This document shows positions 6,384 to 11,106 of a stretch of 11,106 nucleotides of DNA, piece by piece. Source of the stretch: an uncultured bacterium (GTDB lineage: Bacteria; Aquificota; Aquificia; Desulfurobacteriales; Desulfurobacteriaceae). Within the stretch, counting starts at the first letter, position 1. Each line of letters opens with the position of its first letter. The notes under the pieces were generated by a model. That model searched no databases. It was not told the DNA's origin and saw only the letters and a program-made list of their open reading frames with translations. The position numbers were made by a program, and so were the translations under genes. The DNA lies in NCBI GenBank assembly GCA_964654625.1, contig CAZZKT010000039.1:1-11106 (forward strand), written 5' to 3'.

Positions 6384-7742
6384 GTGCATAAGGATGTCGT
6401 CATAATCGGCGGAGGACCGGCCGGATTCAACTGTGCGAAGACCGTCAAAAAACTGTTTCCGAAAAAGTCCGTCCTCGTAATAACGGACAGAGAAGATTCT
6501 CAAATCCCTTGCGCGGTTCCGTATGTTCTTTCCGGAATGCTGAAACCGGAGGAAAATAGGCATCCTTTGAAGAAATTAGAAGACCTCGGAATAGAAGTCT
6601 TAATCGGAAGAGCAACTGCAATAGACAGTTATAAAGGAAAAGTAATTCTTGAGGACGGAAATTCCCTCTCTTACGAAAAACTCGTAATCGCTACGGGCTG
6701 GGCTCCAAACAGACTGCACGCAGGAAACATGGAACTTGAAGGAATTTTTTATCCTTCCGTAATCACTCAAGAAGTCAAACAAACCGCAGAACGGATAAAA
6801 AAAGCGGAAAAAATTCTGATAGTCGGCGCGGGATTAATCGGTTTGAACTTGAGCGGTTTGTTAAAGTCTAACTTTCCGGACAAAAGGGTTTTTCTGGTTG
6901 AAGCAAGGGACTTCCTCGCAAACGGCATCTTTTCAAAGGAAGTTGAAGAAGACATTGAAAAAGAACTTGAAAGATTGGGCGTTGAATTAATTAAAAACAA
7001 CGCAGTTCTTGAATTTGAAGGAAAAGAAAGGGTTGAAAGTGCGGTTCTGAAAGACCGCAGGATTGAGGTTGACACCTGCTTTATTTCCATAGGTTTTAGA
7101 CCGAACACGTCCCTTGCCATGGAGGCGGGCATAGAAACTGACCACAAAGGAGCGATAATAGTTGACAGTTTTATGAGAACTTCCGTAGAAGGCATTTTGG
7201 CATGCGGAGACTGCGTTCAACACAGGTCCGCAATAGACGGAAAGGTAATAACCGCAATGTTTGCAAGTGTTGCCGGAAGGGACGGAAGGGTGGCAGGGAT
7301 GAACATTGAAGGGCCGGAAGTAAAACTGGAAAAAGTAGTTCCTTCCGGAATAACACAGGTCGGCAGTCTTTTTGTCGGATTTGCAGGATACACCGGGAGA
7401 ATTCTGAAAGAAAATTCAATCGCTTATTCTTCCACCTCCTCGTCCGCAACAGACGGCCATCCTTCAGCATTAAAACCGAAAGAGTTTAAGGTGAAACTCT
7501 ACTTTGACAAGAGAGGAAAAATTATCGGGGGAGAAGTTGTAGGAAGGTCAAAGTCCGTGTCCTACCTTGTAGAACTTCTAAAAATTTTCATCTTTGAAAG
7601 AAGGCACGCTGAAGAAATAGTATCCTTGACAAGAAACGCATTTCCGCTTCTTACACCTTCTCCTCTTTCCGAACCGATTTCGGAATGTGCAGTTGAATTT
7701 GTTAAAAATTGGTCTTTTGCGGGGGAAAGCGGTGAAGGTTAG
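6384..7742 (+). CDS. FAD-dependent pyridine nucleotide-disulfide oxidoreductase, single-cysteine class (CoA-disulfide reductase / NADH oxidase family), 452 aa
   Basis: GTG start with GGAGGT SD. The N-terminal FAD-binding fold is VVIIGGGPAGFNCAKT. The redox-active single Cys is in SQIPCAVPYVLSG (Cys43, codon 6510-6512 tgc, hand-verified), which resembles the CoADR SFxxCALPY motif. A second Rossmann fold (NAD(P)H) is KILIVGAGLIGLNLSG. The C-terminal dimerisation domain carries AFPLLTPSP, corresponding to the family's AYAPP block. Confidence 0.85.
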   Translation: MHKDVVIIGGGPAGFNCAKTVKKLFPKKSVLVITDREDSQIPCAVPYVLSGMLKPEENRHPLKKLEDLGIEVLIGRATAIDSYKGKVILEDGNSLSYEKLVIATGWAPNRLHAGNMELEGIFYPSVITQEVKQTAERIKKAEKILIVGAGLIGLNLSGLLKSNFPDKRVFLVEARDFLANGIFSKEVEEDIEKELERLGVELIKNNAVLEFEGKERVESAVLKDRRIEVDTCFISIGFRPNTSLAMEAGIETDHKGAIIVDSFMRTSVEGILACGDCVQHRSAIDGKVITAMFASVAGRDGRVAGMNIEGPEVKLEKVVPSGITQVGSLFVGFAGYTGRILKENSIAYSSTSSSATDGHPSALKPKEFKVKLYFDKRGKIIGGEVVGRSKSVSYLVELLKIFIFERRHAEEIVSLTRNAFPLLTPSPLSEPISECAVEFVKNWSFAGESGEG

Positions 7743-9306
7743 AAGGGCTTTGATTTCCGTTTCTGACAAAACGGGAATTGTTGAATTTGCCAAAAAACTT
7801 TCGGAACTCGGAGTGGAAATAATCTCAACCGGAGGAACCGCAAAACTTTTGAAAGAATCCGGAATTGCGGTGAAGGAAGTCTCAGAAATCACCGGATTTC
7901 CGGAAATTCTTGACGGAAGAGTTAAAACCCTCCATCCCGTAATTCACGGCGGAATCCTTGCAAAGAGGGATACTCCCGCTCACCTTACCCAGTTGAACGA
8001 ACACGGCATACCGTTCATAGACCTCGTGGTGGTCAACCTCTATCCGTTCAGGGAAACGGTTGAAAAGGGTGCAAGTTTTGAAGAAATCATAGAAAACATA
8101 GACATCGGAGGTCCGACGCTCATAAGGAGTTCAGCCAAAAACTTCAAGTTCGTGGCGGTAGTCGTTGACCCCGAAGACTATCAAAAGGTTATCAGCGAAA
8201 TTGAGGAAACTGGAGAAGTCAGCGAAGAAACGAGGTTTTACCTTGCAAGAAAAGCGTTTTCCCTCACTGCATTTTACGATGCGGTGATTTCCCAATACTT
8301 TAATTCCGTTGACAGCAAGGGAATTCCCGTTCCTCCGGAAGAGTTTCCGAAAAACCTTACGATACCCCTTGAAAAGGTTTGTGATATGAGATACGGAGAA
8401 AATCCCCATCAAAGGGCATCCTTTTACAGAGATGTCTTTTCTACCGGGGGAGTGGCAAACGCAGAGGTTCTATACGCAGGAAAACCTTTGTCGTTTAACA
8501 ATATATGCGACATTGATTCGGCGTTTGGTCTTGCCTGCGAATTTGACGTTGAAAGGGACGGAGTTTCCTGCGTAATAGTAAAACATTCAAATCCTTGCGG
8601 AGTAGCGGTTTCCTGTTCTCCCGTTCGTGCTTACGAACTTGCCCTGCAAACGGACCCGATTTCTGCCTTCGGGGGAATAGTTGCTTTTAACTCAAAGGTT
8701 GACGAAGAAACTGCAAGGCTTCTGATTCAAAGGTTTTACGAGTGCGTTTGCGCTCCGGACTTTGAAGAGTCTGCGGTGGAGATTCTTAAAAGCAAAAAAA
8801 ATCTCCGGGTTCTCAAGATAAAGCAAGAAATCTTCCCGAGATTTCCCTTTGACCTGCGAAAGGTCTCCGGAGGAGTTCTGGTTCAGGACACCGATTCTGC
8901 GGTATTTTCGGACATGCCGGAGGTTGTGAGCGGTAAAGAACCGAGTGAAGAAGAATGGAAGGAACTTGAATTTGCGTTCAAGGTAGTCAAGTGGGTAAAG
9001 TCAAACGGCGTTGTTTTTGCCAAAGGAACGAGAACTCTTGCAATAGGCGTGGGACAGACATCAAGGATTGACGCAATAAAGTGTGCAATTGAGAAAGCAA
9101 GGTCATTGGGATTTGACCTTAAAGGTAGCGTTTTGGCATCGGAAGCGTTCTTTCCGTTCAAGGATGCGGTTGAAGAGGCTTACAAGGTCGGCGTCAAAGC
9201 AATCATCCAACCCGGCGGTTCCATAAGGGATGAAGAGGTCATAGAAACTGCCAGAAATCTCGGAATAACTATGGTGTTTACGAAGATAAGGCACTTTAGA
9301 CACTAA
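7732..9306 (+). CDS. purH: Bifunctional AICAR formyltransferase / IMP cyclohydrolase
   Basis: The track ORF begins at 7687, but that would overlap the upstream gene by 56 nt. GTG at 7732-7734 is preceded by GGGGGA 6 nt upstream. It gives the canonical N-terminus M-KVRRALISVSDKTGIVEFAK and overlaps the oxidoreductase stop (7740-7742) by 11 nt. The MGS-like domain motif DIGGPTLIRSSAKN is present, and the C-terminal AICARFT domain ends at the TAA at 9304-9306. Confidence 0.9.
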   Translation: MKVRRALISVSDKTGIVEFAKKLSELGVEIISTGGTAKLLKESGIAVKEVSEITGFPEILDGRVKTLHPVIHGGILAKRDTPAHLTQLNEHGIPFIDLVVVNLYPFRETVEKGASFEEIIENIDIGGPTLIRSSAKNFKFVAVVVDPEDYQKVISEIEETGEVSEETRFYLARKAFSLTAFYDAVISQYFNSVDSKGIPVPPEEFPKNLTIPLEKVCDMRYGENPHQRASFYRDVFSTGGVANAEVLYAGKPLSFNNICDIDSAFGLACEFDVERDGVSCVIVKHSNPCGVAVSCSPVRAYELALQTDPISAFGGIVAFNSKVDEETARLLIQRFYECVCAPDFEESAVEILKSKKNLRVLKIKQEIFPRFPFDLRKVSGGVLVQDTDSAVFSDMPEVVSGKEPSEEEWKELEFAFKVVKWVKSNGVVFAKGTRTLAIGVGQTSRIDAIKCAIEKARSLGFDLKGSVLASEAFFPFKDAVEEAYKVGVKAIIQPGGSIRDEEVIETARNLGITMVFTKIRHFRH

Positions 9307-9309
9307 GAC

Positions 9310-10101
9310 ATGGACGCTTTAGCAGAAACCGGAATCAGAGTGGAAAATCTTTCTGTCGGATACGAAGGCAGGGCAATCGTAGAGGGTTTGAACTTTAAGA
9401 TGGAAGAAGGGGAGTTTTGGCTTGTCGTCGGTCCGAACGGTTCAGGGAAAAGCACGCTGATAAAAACGATAACGGGAATAATCCCTCCCATAAGAGGAAA
9501 AATCTTCATTCACGGAGTTGACTGCAGTGAAGACTGCGAAGAAAGAAGGTTTTTCGGCTACGTTCCTCAAACGGAAAATTACTTAAAAGATTTTCCTGCC
9601 ACTGCCTTTGACGTGGTTCTTTCCGGAATTTTCGGGAAAACTTCAAAAACTTTTGGCGTTCCGGACTCCGCAGTTGAAACCGCAGAATACTGGTTAAAGG
9701 AATTTGAACTGTGGGAAGTTCGCAACAAGCGGTTTTCCGAACTTTCCGGAGGACAGCAAAAGAAGGTCCTCATAGCAAGAGCCTTAATGGGAGACCCTCA
9801 CTACGTTTTCCTTGACGAACCTACAACTGGAGTTGACCTTAAAAGTTCAAGGAGAATTTTGGAAATCATCAACGAACTTCACAAAGAGAAAAAGTTCGGA
9901 ATATGCATGGTAACCCACGAACTGACCCTCGTCTGGCCGTATGTTGACAACGTCATTCTCCTTTCCGGAGGGCGTTTTTTCGTGGGAAGCAAGGAAGAAA
10001 TCGTGGACAAGCACCTCCTGACCGAATTTTACGGCGTTGACGTTGAAGTTCCAATAACCGAACACGGACCGGTCTTTCTGGTTGGAGATAAACACAACTA
10101 A
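9310..10101 (+). CDS. ABC transporter ATP-binding subunit, metal (Zn/Mn) uptake ZnuC-like family, 263 aa
   Basis: Walker [11 protein letters not shown]-loop, ABC signature [15 protein letters not shown], Walker [12 protein letters not shown] and an H-loop His (VTHEL). The size and the LSGGQQ(Q/K)(R/K)V signature resemble the ZnuC/MntA group. The start is 3 nt after the purH stop, with no obvious SD, so translation is probably coupled. Confidence 0.8.
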   Translation: MDALAETGIRVENLSVGYEGRAIVEGLNFKMEEGEFWLVVGPNGSGKSTLIKTITGIIPPIRGKIFIHGVDCSEDCEERRFFGYVPQTENYLKDFPATAFDVVLSGIFGKTSKTFGVPDSAVETAEYWLKEFELWEVRNKRFSELSGGQQKKVLIARALMGDPHYVFLDEPTTGVDLKSSRRILEIINELHKEKKFGICMVTHELTLVWPYVDNVILLSGGRFFVGSKEEIVDKHLLTEFYGVDVEVPITEHGPVFLVGDKHN

Positions 10102-10120
10102 ACCTGTTCGGGGGTTGAAC

Positions 10121-11106
10121 ATGATTGTAGGAAGGTTTCCGGAACTCAGGATGAGAAGGTTGAGAAAGAACGAAGCCATCAGAAGTCTTGTCAGAGAAAC
10201 CGTTTTGACCGTTGATGACCTCGTTTATCCGATGTTTGTGGTTGAAGGTAAGGGAATTGTTGAAGAAATACCTTCAATGCCCGGAAAGTTCAGGTATTCT
10301 GTGGACACCCTCACGGAAGAGGTTGAAAGAATTAAGGAACTGGGGATAAAAGCAATAATCCTCTTCGGAATTCCGGGACACAAAGACGAAGTAGGAAGCG
10401 ATTCTTTTTCGGACGAAGGAATTATCCAAAGGGCGGTAAGGAGCATAAAGAAGAACGTTCCGGAGATGTATGTAATAACGGATGTTTGTTTTTGCGAATA
10501 CACATCTCACGGCCACTGCGGATACTTGGTTAAGAAGAACGGGGAATGGGAAGTTGACAACGACAAGACCCTTGAACTCTTGCAAAAACAGGTAGTTTCC
10601 CACGCAAAAGCGGGAGCGGACATGGTAGCCCCTTCCGGGATGATGGACGGAATGATAAAAGCAATAAGAACCGCCCTTGACTCTGCAGGTTTTAAAGACA
10701 TACCAATCATGTCTTATTCCGCAAAGTATGCTTCCGCATACTACGGACCTTTCAGAACCGCTGCGGAATCAGCCCCGGCCTTCGGAGACAGAAGAAGTTA
10801 TCAGATGGACCCTCCGAACATCAATGAAGCGTTAAGGGAAGTAAGCCTTGACATTCAAGAAGGGGCAGACATTGTCATGGTAAAACCTGCTCTTGCATAC
10901 CTTGACGTAATAAGGAAGGTCAAAGAAACCTTCGGTTATCCGACCGCAGCCTACAACGTAAGCGGTGAGTATTCAATGATAAAGTCAGCAGTATTAAAAG
11001 GTTGGCTTGACGAAAAGAGGGTGGTTCTTGAAACTCTTATTTCAATAAAAAGGGCTGGAGCGGACATAATTTTGACCTACTTTGCTCCGGAAGTTGCACA
11101 ATGGCT
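10121..11106 (+). CDS. hemB: Porphobilinogen synthase (delta-aminolevulinic acid dehydratase), zinc-dependent type; 328 codons in window, stop just beyond 11106
   Basis: Absent from the ORF track because it runs off the end. Hand translation from ATG 10121 (GGGGG SD 6 nt upstream) gives [45 protein letters not shown]...[14 protein letters not shown]...[19 protein letters not shown]...[18 protein letters not shown]...[10 protein letters not shown], with no stop before the window end. This is diagnostic for HemB: Cys-rich Zn site, Schiff-base Lys in MVKPA, and YNVSGEY. Confidence 0.9.
   Translation, partial: MIVGRFPELRMRRLRKNEAIRSLVRETVLTVDDLVYPMFVVEGKGIVEEIPSMPGKFRYSVDTLTEEVERIKELGIKAIILFGIPGHKDEVGSDSFSDEGIIQRAVRSIKKNVPEMYVITDVCFCEYTSHGHCGYLVKKNGEWEVDNDKTLELLQKQVVSHAKAGADMVAPSGMMDGMIKAIRTALDSAGFKDIPIMSYSAKYASAYYGPFRTAAESAPAFGDRRSYQMDPPNINEALREVSLDIQEGADIVMVKPALAYLDVIRKVKETFGYPTAAYNVSGEYSMIKSAVLKGWLDEKRVVLETLISIKRAGADIILTYFAPEVAQW

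Noticed and set aside
6333-10710. Minus-strand ORFs 6333-6563, 6600-6782, 6767-7195, 6987-7223, 7171-7470, 7578-7892, 8131-8412, 8883-9161, 9103-9303, 9303-9509, 9579-9773, 9847-10179, 10225-10503, 10274-10603, 10507-10710
   Set aside because: They are shadows inside the oxidoreductase, purH, ABC and hemB genes or span junctions. None has a conserved motif or SD.
1-11106. CRISPR arrays, IS elements, integrase or phage genes, toxin-antitoxin pairs
   Set aside because: There are no direct-repeat/spacer periodicity, no transposase or integrase-like ORFs and no terminal inverted repeats. Every sizeable ORF is accounted for by a housekeeping or signalling gene.

Overview
The window is compact coding DNA with nearly no intergenic space, several overlapping start/stop codons, GTG/TTG starts, K/E/I-rich proteins and roughly 40-45% GC by eye. 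This fits a small thermophile-style genome (Aquificae-like), though I cannot assign an organism without a search. Minus strand, 6281 down to 1: a 754-aa methyl-accepting chemotaxis protein (MCP) with a large Cache-like periplasmic sensor, then a tRNA-Ser(GGA) gene on the plus strand wedged between the two MCP genes, then a second 606-aa MCP carrying an unexplained ~120-aa C-terminal extension. That second MCP overlaps a YcgR-like PilZ (c-di-GMP receptor) gene, which is followed 3 nt later by an SPFH/flotillin-like membrane protein gene whose TGA stop overlaps the GTG start of folK (HPPK; partial, runs off the window and is absent from the supplied ORF track). After a 102-bp divergent region the plus strand carries four genes: a single-cysteine FAD disulfide oxidoreductase (CoA-disulfide reductase/NADH oxidase family), purH (GTG start overlapping the previous gene by 11 nt), a lone ZnuC-like ABC ATPase, and hemB (zinc-type; partial and missing from the ORF track because it runs off the end). 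The most interesting element is the translationally coupled MCP-PilZ-SPFH string. It may be a chemoreceptor output route that goes through a c-di-GMP effector and a membrane-raft scaffold rather than through CheA/CheW. I could find no CRISPR array, mobile element or nucleotide-level repeat. All plus-strand ORFs in the track between 249 and 5987 and all minus-strand ORFs between 6333 and 10710 are shadows of the real genes.
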